From assembly GCF_009914755.1 (NCBI RefSeq), contig NC_060947.1: a stretch of 64,000 nt of DNA; one strand, 5' to 3'. Each line of letters opens with the position of its first letter. Position 1 is the first letter of the stretch. The stretch comes from the human T2T-CHM13v2.0 reference genome, Homo sapiens. The notes beneath the pieces were generated by a model, which was not told the origin of the DNA, did not search any database, and saw only the letters and a program-made list of their open reading frames with translations. Positions 1 to 12,375 of this stretch are shown here, piece after piece. A program made the position numbers and the translations under genes.

Positions 1-669
1 TTATTCTTGTTCACATCAACTCACACTCTCTAGATCTGTTTGTGTAATTTTACTGTCTTTCCCAGTGTGGGAAACTTTCTAATTGAGTAACAGTGGAGAA
101 TTTAATGAGCCTGCTTTTTCTCTTCCAGTCCATTAATGAAGACTTAAAATGTCCTTTGTTTTTGTGCCATCACGTGTTACAAATTAATGCAATCATCAGA
201 ATGCTAAGAGATTCTATTTTTATTAAGCAATGTAAATAGAAAATGCTAATTATGCATGTCTGTGAAACATTATTGAACTTAATAATGCATTGATTATCTC
301 ATATAGATTCTTTTATCAATAAATAATATAGATAATCCCTATATAATCTGAAATTTCTAATAGAATACATAAGTGAAAATTGGAAAATAATTTCAAATTC
401 AGTCCATTCATTTGTCAGCTAATTATGATTTAAATAAATATTTGTTATTTTTCATACAAGAAGTTTTCATGATAGAGGACGACAATAAGAAAATGGGAGG
501 AAAAGGCAAATTAGATGTAAATATTCAAATCTTCACGGTGGAAAATATCAAACTATTATATAAATACATAGCTTCGTTCTGTACTTTATGGTCGGAACCA
601 TGGGCTATTAGTTTATTTGGTAAATTTGACTATTTGATGTCTATTTAATGTCTACATTAACTATTGTTT

Positions 670-1440
670 TGGTAACAGCTTAAGTGACATACAACTCACA
701 TGCCATACAATTCACCCCTTTAAAGTGTGCAATTCGGTAGTTTTTTAGTATATTCACAGAGTTGTGCAACCATCACCACAATCAATTTTAAACATTTTGA
801 CCACCTCAAAGAGAAACCCTGTGCCCTTTAATTGTCACCTCATCCCCTTTAACAATCCCCACATCCCCTTCAGCTCAAGGCAACTGCTACTTTCTGACTC
901 TGTAAATTTACCTATTCTGGACATTTCATGTAAATGAAATCGTATAACATGTCATATTTTGTGACTGGCTTCTTTCACTTAATGCAATGTTTTCAAGGTT
1001 CATCCACATTGCAGCATGTGTCAGTACCTCATTCCTTTTTACGGTTTCATTACATGAATGTGCTACCTTTCATTTATCCACTAATCAATTGATAAACATT
1101 TGGATTGTTTACACTTTTGGCTATAATGAATAATGTTGTTATGAACACTCATGTACAAGTTTTAATGTGGACACATGTTTTTCTTTCTCTTGAGTGTGTA
1201 CCTAAGATTGAGATAGCTGGGTCAAATGAAAACCTTATGTTTAACCTTTTGAGGAAATGACAGACTGTCTTCCAAAATGATTGCACCATTTTACATTCCC
1301 TCCAAAACTGTTATAAGAGTTCCATTTTTTTCCATATCCTCGCCAACACTTGTTACTATCTGACTTTTAAATTATACCTGTCCTAGTGGGTGTGAAGTGG
1401 TATCTAGCTGTTGCTTTGATTTCCATGTCTCTGATGACTA
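670..1440 (-). mobile_element. LINE-1 3' region (L1MB/L1MC-like), old and truncated
   Basis: Antisense L1 3' UTR motifs (AGTATATTCACAGAGTTGTGCAACCATCACCACAATC; GTGACTGGCTTCTTTCACTT; CACCATTTTACATTCCC). Confidence 0.85.
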
Positions 1441-1621
1441 AACTCAACTGATTGGATGAGGCCCATGCACATTAGGAAGGGGAATCTTCTTCACTTAGTC
1501 TACCAATTTAAATGTTAATCTCACCTAAAAACACCCTCACAAAAATACCCAGAATCATGTTTGACCAAATATCTGGGTACCCCACGGCCCAGTCAAGTTG
1601 ACACATAAAATTAACCATCAT
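1441..1621 (-). mobile_element. MLT2 (ERVL) LTR 5' fragment
   Basis: Reverse complement reads TGATGGTTAATTTTATGTGTCAACTTGACTGGGCC...CCAGATATTTGGTCAAACA, the MLT2B/C/D-type start. Confidence 0.8.
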
Positions 1622-1689
1622 AGGACTCTTTCCACAGATCTTTTTCCTTTGCCACACAGACAGGACTAGTGCCTCAGAAGTGCACGTTA

Positions 1690-2090
1690 TTGGTGTACTG
1701 AATTTGCCTTATACCAGCTCATGAGGGACAATTGTTAAAATTTCAGGAATTGACAGCCAATTGTTAAACATAGCCTATATTAAAAATTAAATTATATAAA
1801 CTTACAATTAAATGAATTATTTTAAAAGCAAAGGTAGTACTCAAATCGTCCTAATTATTTCACTGGATTATATGATTATGCTCTTGAGATCAATTACATC
1901 TATTTTATCTGTATGGTGGAAATACCATATAATGGTATGCTACTATACACACTCTTTCTTAGTTTTGCATTCAATTACGCTACATTGGTAACTTAAAACC
2001 TGACATGGTGGGAGTATTTATACCATAGGAATCAACAAATGCTACAAATTAAACCTTTAAAGGTTTTTTTTTTTCCTGGAAAACTTGTGT
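1690..2090 (+). mobile_element. MER63B/C-like hAT-Blackjack DNA transposon
   Basis: ATTAAAAATTAAATTATATAAACTTACAATTAAAT...ATGGTGGGAGTATTTATACC...GCTACAAAT resembles the MER63 consensus. Confidence 0.75.
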
Positions 2091-2159
2091 TTCATTATTC
2101 ATAAGCACATACAAATAATCTCCATTATCTATTTAATAAAGTTGTATTTTTATTTTACA

Positions 2160-2320
2160 AATATTAATCCATTTTAATCTTCATAGTGACCTCATGGGAC
2201 AAGTACTATTGCTAGTCCCATTTTTCTGAAGTACAGAGAAGTTAGGTGACTTGCCCAAGGTCACACAGCTAAGTAGGTAAGCAGTTTGGTTCCAGGGTCC
2301 ATGTTCTTAATCACTGTGCA
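2160..2320 (-). mobile_element. MIR SINE
   Basis: MIR core AGAGAAGTTAGGTGACTTGCCCAAGGTCACACAGCTA. Confidence 0.85.
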
Positions 2321-3384
2321 TGAAGCCTTTTCTTTTCTGAAAACACTACATATTCTAGGGAACTATATATTCATCCACATTAGAGCTTGAATTGTTTTCT
2401 TTGTCTCCAGCCTCCTTAATGTGTCCACCCCTGGTCTCAGGCCCACTCTAGTAGCTGGCCTGAATCTATGGAGTCCAATGCCCAGAACCAGGGGTGGCCA
2501 CTCGGGTCCTATGTGCAGCGGGATTCCCCTCACCACCTCCCTCTTCCCCTTGTCACTTTTTCTCTCACCTCATGATGCCTGTCTAGTTTGCTAACATTGC
2601 TACTTTCAAATAACTTTCACTTACTAATACTGTAATCCTGCATACATATTTTAAAACTGTCCAAATCTTAGTTTCTCCATAGATCAATTGGGGCTCATAA
2701 TTGAGTAATAACATGTATGCAAAACCCTTGCTCTGTATCAAATACATGTGAGTTGAATTTAAGTGATCTCACCTTCACACATTCTCCCCTTTTTGGCTTG
2801 TGCTGCAGGAATCTATCATGCCATCTTCATCCTGCCCAGGATGCTTTCTTCAGTCACTGGGAAAGTGATGGACACAGGCTTCTGGGCAGGATTTCTTGGG
2901 GAGTAATCATTCCTGCTAAGACGCAGGAATTGCTGGATGGGTCTGCACGATCAATGGCAAGCGTCTCCCCCAGTGGGAATTCAATCCATTTTGGCTGCTT
3001 TAATGGAGCTCCTGGGGCTTAGACACTATTGAAAGGCAATTACTGACTTTCAGTTGTTTTAGCTCTGTGAGTTCATTGCTAGCCCCCTCCCTTATTCCCA
3101 GCTCTCCAAGTCTGCTCTGTCGCAAGTCAGCCTCTTCCTTTCTCTTAGTGGCAAAGACTGACTGTGGATCTTTCAAGGCTGCAATGTTCCTTTTTCTCCT
3201 TGTGGATTTTTACTTCTGATTCAATGTCCCCTACCCCATTAGCCACATACACGACTACTTCCTTGTTCTCTGCTCAGTTGAAACTTGTTAGCCCAGAAAA
3301 ACAGAAATTTTGTAACAACTGGAATTAGCTATTCAGAATGAGCTCCATCAAACACAGCAGGACTCAAGCCCCTCATTCTTTTAC

Positions 3385-3723
3385 AGCAGGTTCAGCAACA
3401 TTTTCTGTAAAGGCAAATACTGTGGTAAATATTTTAGGCTCTGCAGGCCACATGGTCTCTGCGTCAACTACTCCACTTTGCTGTTTTAGCTTGAAAGCAG
3501 CCACAGACAAAATGTAAACAAATGGTTATGGTTGGCTTTCAATAAAACTGTATTTATGGATGCTGAAATCTGAATTGCATATAATTTTCACATGCCACAA
3601 ATATTCTTCTTTTAATTTTTCTTTCAGCCATTTAAACATATAAAACCATTCTTAGCTCATGGGTTATACAAAAATGGGCTGCAGGCCAGATATGGCCCAT
3701 GGTCCCTAGTTTGCTAAGCTCTG
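3385..3723 (+). mobile_element. MER58B-like hAT-Charlie DNA transposon
   Basis: TTTTCTGTAAAGG...GTAAATATTTTAGGCT...GCAGGCCAGATATGGCCCATGG...AGTTTGC; ~340 bp. Confidence 0.8.
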
Positions 3724-4090
3724 CTTTGTAGGAAATATCTTGTGAAACTGGAATCTGGGGGTTTAACATAACCTTCCCATAGACCCAAGCATGAAGATTT
3801 AATACCTGTGTCTGAGTCAATCTGTCCAGGTGAACTAACTAACTTGTTGGATAGCATCAGTTTTTTGGCAAATACCTCTTTTCAGTCATTTTAAGCATCT
3901 GAAAAGCAGAGCAGGCATTTTTACGAAATTAATGTTAATCAGTTAGTTATTCCAAAAAAAAAAAAAAACTAACTAACTCGTTGGCCACTGCCAAGCTTCT
4001 GTCTTGTATTAGGTTCCCTAGAAGGCAAGCTTCAGACAGAATTTTGGATGTTTGTGGTTTATTGAAGTGAAGAAGTGCTCTCGGGAGAAA

Positions 4091-4610
4091 AGGGGTATAT
4101 ATTCAAAAGAAAACAAACCTTTCTACCAAAAAGACATATACACTTTCATGTTAAATGCAGCACTATTCACAATAGCAGAGACATGGAATCAACTTAGGTG
4201 CCCATCAGTGGTGGATTGGATCAAGAAAATGTGGTACATATACACCATGGAATACTAGACAGCCATAAAAAAGAACAAAATCATATCCTTTGTAGCAACA
4301 TGGATGCAGCTGGAGGCTATTATCCTAAGTGAATTAATGCAGGAACAGAAAACCAAATACCGCATGTTCTCACCTGTAAGTGGGAGCTAAACATTGAGTA
4401 CTCATGGATATAAAGATGGCAACAATAGAAACTGGGGACTATTAGAGTGGGGTGGGAGGGGTACAGGGGTTTAAAAACTATCTGTTGGGTACTCTGGTCA
4501 GTACCTAAGTGACGAGATCAATCATACCTCAAACCTCAGCATCATGTAATATGCCCAAAAACAAACCTGCACATGCACCTGAATCTAAAATAAAAGTTGA
4601 AAATAATAAT
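4091..4610 (+). mobile_element. LINE-1 3' end (L1PA15/16-like): ORF2 C-terminal remnant plus 3' UTR
   Basis: Translation AALFTIAETWNQLRCPSVVDWIKKMWYIYTMEY matches the L1 ORF2p C-terminus; ends TAAAATAAAAGTTGAAAA followed by (AAT)n. Confidence 0.9.
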
Positions 4611-5391
4611 TTCCATAATAATAATAATAATAATTGTTGTTTATTGATGAGTAGTATCCCATCATATGGACCATGGTTTAATTATTTACTTGTTGAAAGA
4701 TGTTTGTTCTGTGTCCAGTGTTTTGGGTATTATTAATAATGCTGCCACAAATATTCATTACAGGTTTTGTGTGAACACAGCCATTTCTCTGAGCTAATGC
4801 TCAATGTAGCCCCTTCTAAGGTATAAAAATCTCTCTAACTATGTGGCAAAGCACTCTAGAATTGCAGGGTTGAATGGGCTCTTAGAAGTCATCTAGTCCA
4901 ACTCCAAGCCATTAGCCTTAAAATAAAAGTTTTTAAGCTTTTCTGTGAGAGCTTATACGAGTGCCCAGAGGTATCAGAGTGAAGCTGAAAACTTTAACAG
5001 GCAACATTCATCTAGAGAGTTCATATTTCTGAAACCTGGAACAGTCAATCAAGTTCCTTTTAGGGTAAATAAAAGAGTCTCACTTTAAATGAGCGGAAGC
5101 AAAGTTTTAAAGCACATACAGTACTTGGAATCCCAGCAGCAGGAAACAGAAACCCTGACCTGAAGAACAAAGGTAGTTTCCCTTTTGTCTCTGTTTCTCT
5201 CCCACTATATGATAGCATATGGTCTCTCAGGACATCTTCTCCCTGCTCATGTATTTTACTCTCTTTTTCTTTCCTCAACTATCTTTGTTTCTTTGTGCTC
5301 AGTGTCACCCCTCCACAGACCCTGGATTTCCATTCCCTCAGTTTAAGCCAGACACAGAGGATTTCTATCCTTTTCTGAATCCTGATTCTTA

Positions 5392-5835
5392 TTTTTTTTT
5401 TACAAGAGCACAAACCCACTTTTATTTATTTACTTTTCATTAGTTTAAATCCTTGAGGGATACAGCATCACACGGATTTTGTGTCCAATGGCCTTAGCAG
5501 GAGGATTGCTTTGGAATTTGGAACAAACCATGCCACCGTTTCCATGGGCCTGAATTACCTTTCCCCAGATTATTATGGCTTTGTTTGGTTTACCACCAGG
5601 AGTCACTGTGTTGTTCTTCCCTTTGTACACATAAGCACATTTCTTGCCCAAATAGAATTCAGTTTCATCTCAGGCATAAACACCTTCAATTTTAAGAAGA
5701 AATGTATGCTCCCTTTGGTTCTAGAGACCCCACTTACAGACGGCAAAATGACCTTGGACCATAGCCTTCCAGACATCTTTGCCTTTTAGAAGTCCTGTTC
5801 CCAACAGGTCTCCACAGGCTGCAAGATGGTGGAAG
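5392..5835 (-). pseudogene. RPL35A: Processed pseudogene of 60S ribosomal protein L35a (eL33)
   Basis: Minus strand reads ATGTCTGGAAGGCTATGGTCCAAG (MSGRLWSK, ATG at 5776) to ...[16 protein letters not shown] (stop 5445-5447). It is intronless, with 5' UTR, 3' UTR containing AATAAA, poly(A) at 5392-5401, and degenerate TSD GAATCCTGATTCTTA (5377-5391) / GAATCTGATCCTTA (5836-5849). ATG-to-stop span is 332 nt versus 333 expected (1-nt frameshift), plus TAG and TGA stops in the parental frame. Confidence 0.96.
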
Positions 5836-6512
5836 GAATCTGATCCTTAATTTCTAGGACAGAAAATATGGTTGCCCTAGCTTGGTACATATGTTGTCCT
5901 CTAACAGTCAGCAGTGACCAGTTGCTTGGAGTGACAATGAGGCACTTATCACAGAGAACTGATATGGCTGTCACTTTTGTGGGTGAATATTCATAGGCAG
6001 GTCAAATCCACAACTAGTAGTCTATTCAAAGCCTTATGTTAATTGTGTAGTTACATGGCATTTTGTTAAAAATATAATATTCTCTCCCTTAGAGGATTTA
6101 GGGGTTGAATCTCAAGTTGAAATGAAGTGTTTGTGTTACATCTTAAAATGATGAAATCCACATAGATACATTCCACTTACATTATTCTTAAAATCTACCT
6201 TTACCCAAGTCAGGCCTTTTGGAGGGTCCAACAACAAAGCAAAACAAGGTGAGAACAGCGCCACATTCTGTCCCATCCCTATACAGAATCAGTGCCAACC
6301 ACCTTTGGTCCACACATTATCGGACATCTTTGGATGAGGACAGGGTAATTCAGTTTTGAGTACACTTTTCTTGCAACTTGTAAAGCAAGAAATAGAGCTG
6401 GAGAAAGGCATCTAGAAACATTTGCTTTCGATTGACTAAGCTTTTATCTATATATGAATTCCTCAAATAAATAGATATAATAATGTAAATATATACAAAT
6501 GTTTATATATAT

Positions 6513-6605
6513 ACAGTGTTGTCCTGAAGACTAAATGAGATGACACATGTAAAACACTTAGAACAATGCCTGGCACTAAGTAACATGTCAAATGTTAGCT
6601 ATCAT
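6513..6605 (+). mobile_element. MIR 3' fragment
   Basis: AAATGAGATGACACATGTAAAACACTTAGAACAATGCCTGGCAC. Confidence 0.8.
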
Positions 6606-7761
6606 GTGGCAACATCTTAGCACCATCAGCAGTTGAGGTTCTCAAGAAGTGAACTGGATCAAACTTTGAAGTGGCCAGTAATGAACGACACTGACTGCTA
6701 CTGCAGTGCTGTAAGCTTTGGTTGTAGGTAGAAATGATCTTATTGAAGATGTGATGGGCTTCCATGTATATGGATATATTTAGCAGATATATTTAAGGAC
6801 CAGACATGGGCTTCTTTTTATGCTGTAAAAATAAGATGTAGAAATTTAGAATTGACTGTAAATTCAATCTCCAAAATAAAATCAAATTAATTTAAGTAAA
6901 AATTCCTTTTGTTTCCCAGGCCCTTTCATTTTCCTTCTATATATATATATATACACATTTTTAGAGAGACTTGCCAATTTTTAAAATTTGATCTGTTGGC
7001 ATGTGTTCTTATTCATTCTAATATGCAGGCTGTATTTTGTCCCTAATTTACATGTTCTGACAAGAGAAATGTATGTCTGAATTGGGGGGATGAGTAATTT
7101 TAATCTGATGGCACATTGGGGAAGAAGACATTGTATGTGAGTGATATTTTTTCAGAGTGTAATTATCAGTGTTACTCTAAGGCAGAAATGAAAAAAATCA
7201 ATCTTTTTTCCACAAGTAAATGGAAATAGATTTTAGTTGTATTAATGAGAATCAGGTTAAAGCCTTTTGTTTATAGGTGTATGTGTTGTTAGTTAAAATT
7301 GAGTTTTTCTTTTCAGTGTTTGCTATTCGGGGAGCTCTGTAATTGCTCAATTATATCCCAAAGGTAGTGTCTCAGTAGACTTCTTTCTGATTGAATACTC
7401 TTAAGAAATTCAGTGCTGACTTTTTAAAATAAAGGCTCCGGATTGTTCTCTTGTCTTTTTCAGTTATTCAAAATAATTACATGGTTTCATCATTGTTGTG
7501 GTTATACTACAATTTCTGGGATAATAAACAAATACTAAAACAAACAAAAAATGAAAAAATAAGATCCCAAAGTGGTGGGAAAAATCTACTTAACTCATAA
7601 GTCCACAGGAGGGCTATACTAGGATTTGTCAGAAAAAAGGGCATAATCCCTCTCCTCTTCAACTAACCTGGGAATCTGAAAAATGTGAGGAGAGTGTAAA
7701 GTTAGAGTTATGAAGCCCTGAAATAATGTCTCAGAATAGTGAAAAAAAGTATGGTAGACGG

Positions 7762-8286
7762 TGTCAATTGGCACACAGGAGCCATCTCAACCTCTTCTCC
7801 TTTGCCACTTTTTTGTGAAAGAGGTAAAAGAAATAAATACTAATATTCCTGGTCTCTCCTATAACTACGGTTGTCCATGTGACACAATTCCAGTCAGCCA
7901 GATGGATGAAGAAGTCTGCCAGGAGCTTCTGCAAAAGGTCTCTCTTACTTACAGAGGGATAAATATGTGAGGAGTACTCTCTAGCACAGCTCCTTTACTC
8001 TTCTTTCTGACTTGAATGTGGAAATGTGATGTTCTTCTGCTTTGAACTGAAGCAGCCATGTTGTGACCATAAGGCAGTAACCTAAAGCAGAAAAACCTAC
8101 AGGCTGACGATGCCAGAATAGAACGATAGAAAGATCCTGAATTTTTGAAGGCTTCATCGAGCCATCACACCAAACATGGAACCACCAGTTTTCTTGTTGT
8201 GTAAAATAGTGGAATTTATTTATTATTTAAACCACTGGTAGCCGTGAATTCTCTAACTGTAGCCAAAAACACTCCTAGCCAATACA
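7762..8286 (+). mobile_element. MLT1J/K/L-like MaLR LTR
   Basis: CCATGTGACACAATTC..., GCAGCCATGTTGTGACCAT, and 3' end TTTAAACCACTG...TGTAGCCAAAA...CAATACA. Confidence 0.65.
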
Positions 8287-8517
8287 AAAAGAGTAGAACT
8301 AATATCCTATAACATGCTATCCCTGGTTATATACAGATACCAGGAGACCACAGTAGTGCCTTTCAATCCATTGTGCATAAAGATAAATAAGAAGAAACAA
8401 CCTTATTGGTTTATAAAAAGTAGGAAAGGATGCAGTATGCTCCATAGAGACTCTGATGGGCTACTGAAAACGAGTAATAATCACAAAACATATTGGAAGC
8501 AGCATTAGTATGATGGT

Positions 8518-8915
8518 TGTAGCAGATTGTATTATTGGCCTCAAATCTCCACCCTTCTCTGTAGCCACACATTTTGCCATGAGTGTCTGTAGTAACTCTC
8601 ACCTCCTTCCTTACCCCTTGACGTCAGGCTTGGCCATAAGCCTTGCTTTGGCCAATGGGTATAATTGGTTATAACATTAAGTGGGGACTTGAAATGCACT
8701 TGCATAGTGCATCTTGCCTTCTTAACCTTCTACCATCACCATAAGAACATATCTTGACTACTCTGCTGATTCCAGCCGGGGAAGCTCTGCTGAGGCCAGC
8801 CCAGATCAGCTAACCCACAGATATGCAAGAAATAAACAGTTCTTTGTTGTTTGGCACTGGGTTTTTTTTGTGATTATTCATTACACAGAATTTATACAGC
8901 AATATATAACTGAAA
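8518..8915 (+). mobile_element. MLT1H/I-like MaLR LTR
   Basis: TGTAGCAGATTG start; GGCTTGGCCAT...TTGCTTTGGCCAATGG; CAGCCCAGATCAGC. Confidence 0.7.
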
Positions 8916-9412
8916 GAGACTCTAGGTTAAGAGACTCTAGGACCAGACTGATGGGTTTTGACTTCCTGCTCTGTACTGTGTGAGTGGGCAAGGTAAGATT
9001 GGAAATGTCAACCTAATACTGAAGCCCTTGCTGTTAATCATTATTCTATACTATCTCTGCCAAGTACACTCTGGTAGAAATGTATAGGAAGGTGATGTTC
9101 AAATCTGGGGCCCCATAAGAGCAGTTGTTCATATTCAGTGGAGATTTCTGGAAGGAGGGCATCTTAACCGTGAACTCCAGAAAAAGAGCTATCCAAAAAC
9201 ATAAATAAATTATGTATTTATTGCACACTGACTTTTTTCTTAAAATGGACATGTTAGTTTTCAAGCTTGACAAAGTAATGATATGTCAAAAGGTGATGGT
9301 GAATGAATATCAGGGAATACTTGCATACAGAAATGTGGCATATACAAAAAGTTGTGAGTAAGTTGGAGGATAGCTCCTGAGACTTGATCAGATCCACTGC
9401 AGGAGGGACTTC

Positions 9413-9521
9413 ACATCTGATTTCACAGTCCGGTGTATCACAGGTGGGTGAAGGGACCCTAGGGTAGGAGCTCTAAGCCAACTACAGGTGCTGAACATAC
9501 CTTCCATCCAGTATGTTTCAC
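9413..9521 (+). repeat. Dispersed direct duplication, copy 1 (109 bp)
   Basis: Matches 15665-15772 with 4 substitutions and one 1-nt indel (manual alignment). Confidence 0.95.
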
Positions 9522-10119
9522 TCTCAACAGTACGAACATCTGTGTATCCAGGTCCTTATTTATCCTAAACCAAGTTAGCGATTTGATTGATTGGCATGTG
9601 TGTGAGTCTTACCATCAGTGTGTCTCTAATATAACTGTAAAACCACTTCAGAATTTTTTTTTACAGATACATGCTTGCAAAGACAAATGTAGGAGGATTT
9701 TCACTGCAGCTTGATTTTCAAAGCTCATCAGTGAGGAAATGGTTACATAATTAATGTATAGCCTGGCATATCCAAGGAATGAATACAAACCAGCCATTTA
9801 AAGGAATGGGATAAGGTGGACCTATATGTATTGATAGACAACAAATGCAAGACACATTGCTAAAGGTGAAAAAAAGCCAAATGGATGTAAAATAGCTTGT
9901 AACATATGTTTTCACTTATGTCAAACAAAGGAATAAACTCACCTTCATATATAGTCACAGATTTATAAATACACATAGGTGTCCCTAGAGAAATGTATCT
10001 TTTTACTTCTTATAATTAATCTAATCTTCCTCTTGATCTCTCACCTGAATGAATAATGGAGAGAAACTTAATCCTACTAATTAATCATATCTTACTCATA
10101 CAGAAATATTTTGCTTTAA

Positions 10120-10510
10120 ATTTTTGTTTTGAATTTATAAGTTCACAGGAAATTGCCAAAAATATACAGGTAGGTCCCATGTACCCTCACTCAGCTTCTC
10201 CCAATAGTAACATCTGGCAAAACCATAGGACATCAAAAGCAGGAAAGTGACATTGATATAATATAGACTTTATTAATATTTCACTTTTTTCATGCATTTG
10301 AGTTTGTGTGTGTGCGTGTAGTTCTGTGCAATTTGATCACATGTGTACCTTCATGTAACCACCACCACAATCAAAATACAGAACTGTTCTATCACCACAA
10401 GGCTCCTTTCTGTTACTCCCTTATAAGCTATACCTGTTCCCTTCCCTCCAGTCTTAACTTCTGGCACCACTAATCGGTTCTCTATCTCAATAATTTGTTA
10501 TTTCAAGAAT
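10120..10510 (-). mobile_element. LINE-1 3' UTR (L1MC/MD-like)
   Basis: GTCCCATGTACCCTCACTCAGCTTCTCCCAATAGTAACATC; GTAACCACCACCACAATCAAAATACAGAAC. Confidence 0.75.
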
Positions 10511-12206
10511 AACAAATATATGTATGTAAAATGTTTTTATTTATATAAATTGAATTGATTCAATTATAATCATGTTGATGCAGGAACACTGTGAGATGTG
10601 ATATCTCCCAAGAATCCCAAATGGGAAGAAGAAAAAAGCCCCTATGTTTTTAGATCCCTCCTCAGTCCTTCTACTACCAGCACTACTACTGATACTCTGG
10701 ATTTGGCACAGGGCAGGGGAGCCATAATACCTGTGTCTGACTGTCTGCCTTTCTTCTCCTGCACATAATTCTCCAATGCTGGTGAAGTGGGCCACATGTT
10801 CCTCTTCACTTTGGGTGGGACTTCCTCTATATTAATCCTCTTCCTTCCCAAAGGAACATTAATTTTATTCATTTCTAAGGATTCATATAGTTTCTTTTGT
10901 AGTGCTGGGTATTAAAAAAGTTCAGCTCAGAGAATAGAGAAAGAAAATATGAGGAGGAGGAAATGGCTAGAGCCCAGTGTATTCATGTGATAACTGAAGG
11001 AACCATCCAGAAAGACCAAAAGGACAGTCTGAAAAAAATTGTAAGATTAAAGCAGGAGGTATAGGAAGTATAAAAGGGCAACTGAGGCCATTTTCCCCCC
11101 ATTGATTAAAGAAGATACCATAGTTAACTATTTTGTACACTGAGTCAACATTTGTAGGGTTCATATCATGACATGTGGCTGTGATACGAGGTGGGGGAGT
11201 ATCTGAGGGATAGATTGAAAGATGTAATGCTGTCGGCCTGTGCCAAAACAGCCCTAAGGATGAATTCAACACTAACAGTCCCCAACACTCATCAGACCAC
11301 TTAGCTACACTTGAAAAGCAAAGAAAAGAAGAATAGTCTAACCTAGGAAATTTCTACTTAAATCATCCTACAAATACTCATCACCTACTATATGGCAGGC
11401 ATCATGCTAGGCACAAATGATAAAGTTATTAGCAAAGACAGAACTCATGATCTCTCCTCTACAAACTATGATGTTTTCATAGTTTGTCAAAGATAGTCAA
11501 AGATATTAAAATATTTCAGATCAATTATGCATCCTTTTATAAAGAAAGAAGCTCAACTCAGGTTACATCCTCGTGTTAATTTTTAAGTCCTATTTATTAT
11601 AGGGAAATATTCAAACTCTACTGTCAGGTTTCATCATATTTCTCTAAAAAGGCTTTTTTTAATAAAAAACCCACACTATGTCATTAATGATTCTCTTATA
11701 ATTTTTATTAGCTGCATAAGATTCTGGTGAATACACATAACACTTAATTCTTCCTTTTGGGTATCTAGGGTATTTTAAATTTTTAGATAAAACTAAAAAC
11801 CCCACATAGTCCACCTTTAGCATTATATGGGTAAATATTTGAGCATATTACTAATTGTTTCCCTAGGAAACAGTTTTAGAAATTGAATTGTTAGGTCAAT
11901 GGACATAAATACGTTTAACAAGTTTCCCACACATAAAGATTGCATTAATTCTCAATACCACAAAGCAGTGTATTAGAGTGTGTTTTTCCACATTGTCCTC
12001 ATCACTGAGAATTACTGACCCTTTCAATCCTTCCTAATTTGGTGGGTGAAAAATAGTATCTTGCTATAAAAGCAGTTTGCATTTTTAAAAATTTAGCAAG
12101 GGTAAACTTTAAAAATATATTTGTAGGTACATCATTTCAGTGAATTTCTTATTCGTTTGTTTTCATTGAAATTTTTGTGTACTTTATACATTAATACTAT
12201 TCACTA

Positions 12207-12375
12207 TTTTTTTGAGACAGGGTCTTGCTGTCTTGCTCTGTTGTCCAGGCTGGAGTTCAGTGTGCAATCGTGGCTCACTGTAGCCTCAACCTCCTGGGCT
12301 CAAGCAATTCTCCTGCCTCAGCCTCCTGGGTAGCTTGGACTACAGGTGTGTACCAGCACACCCAGCTAATTTTTT
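12207..12375 (-). mobile_element. Alu right arm (5'-truncated AluJ/FRAM-like), inside an old antisense L1
   Basis: TTTGAGACAGGGTCTTGC...GCTCACTGTAGCCTCAACCTCCTGGGCTCAAG...CCCAGCTAATTTTT; ATTAATACTATT recurs at 12190-12201 and 12377-12388 (possible TSD). Confidence 0.9.

Noticed and set aside
5445-5651. 68-aa ORF as a functional truncated RPL35A
   Set aside because: It starts at TTG downstream of a frameshift and two stops, and is simply the undisrupted part of the pseudogene.
8619-8626. Perfect CRE (TGACGTCA) in an MLT1 LTR
   Set aside because: It is an isolated 8-mer with no other supporting signal.
8914-8941. Short tandem duplications (AAGAGACTCTAGG x2; others near 11486, 28700, 31825 and 38995)
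   Set aside because: These are two- or three-copy slippage duplications common in mammalian DNA. There are no spacer-separated arrays, so nothing CRISPR-like.
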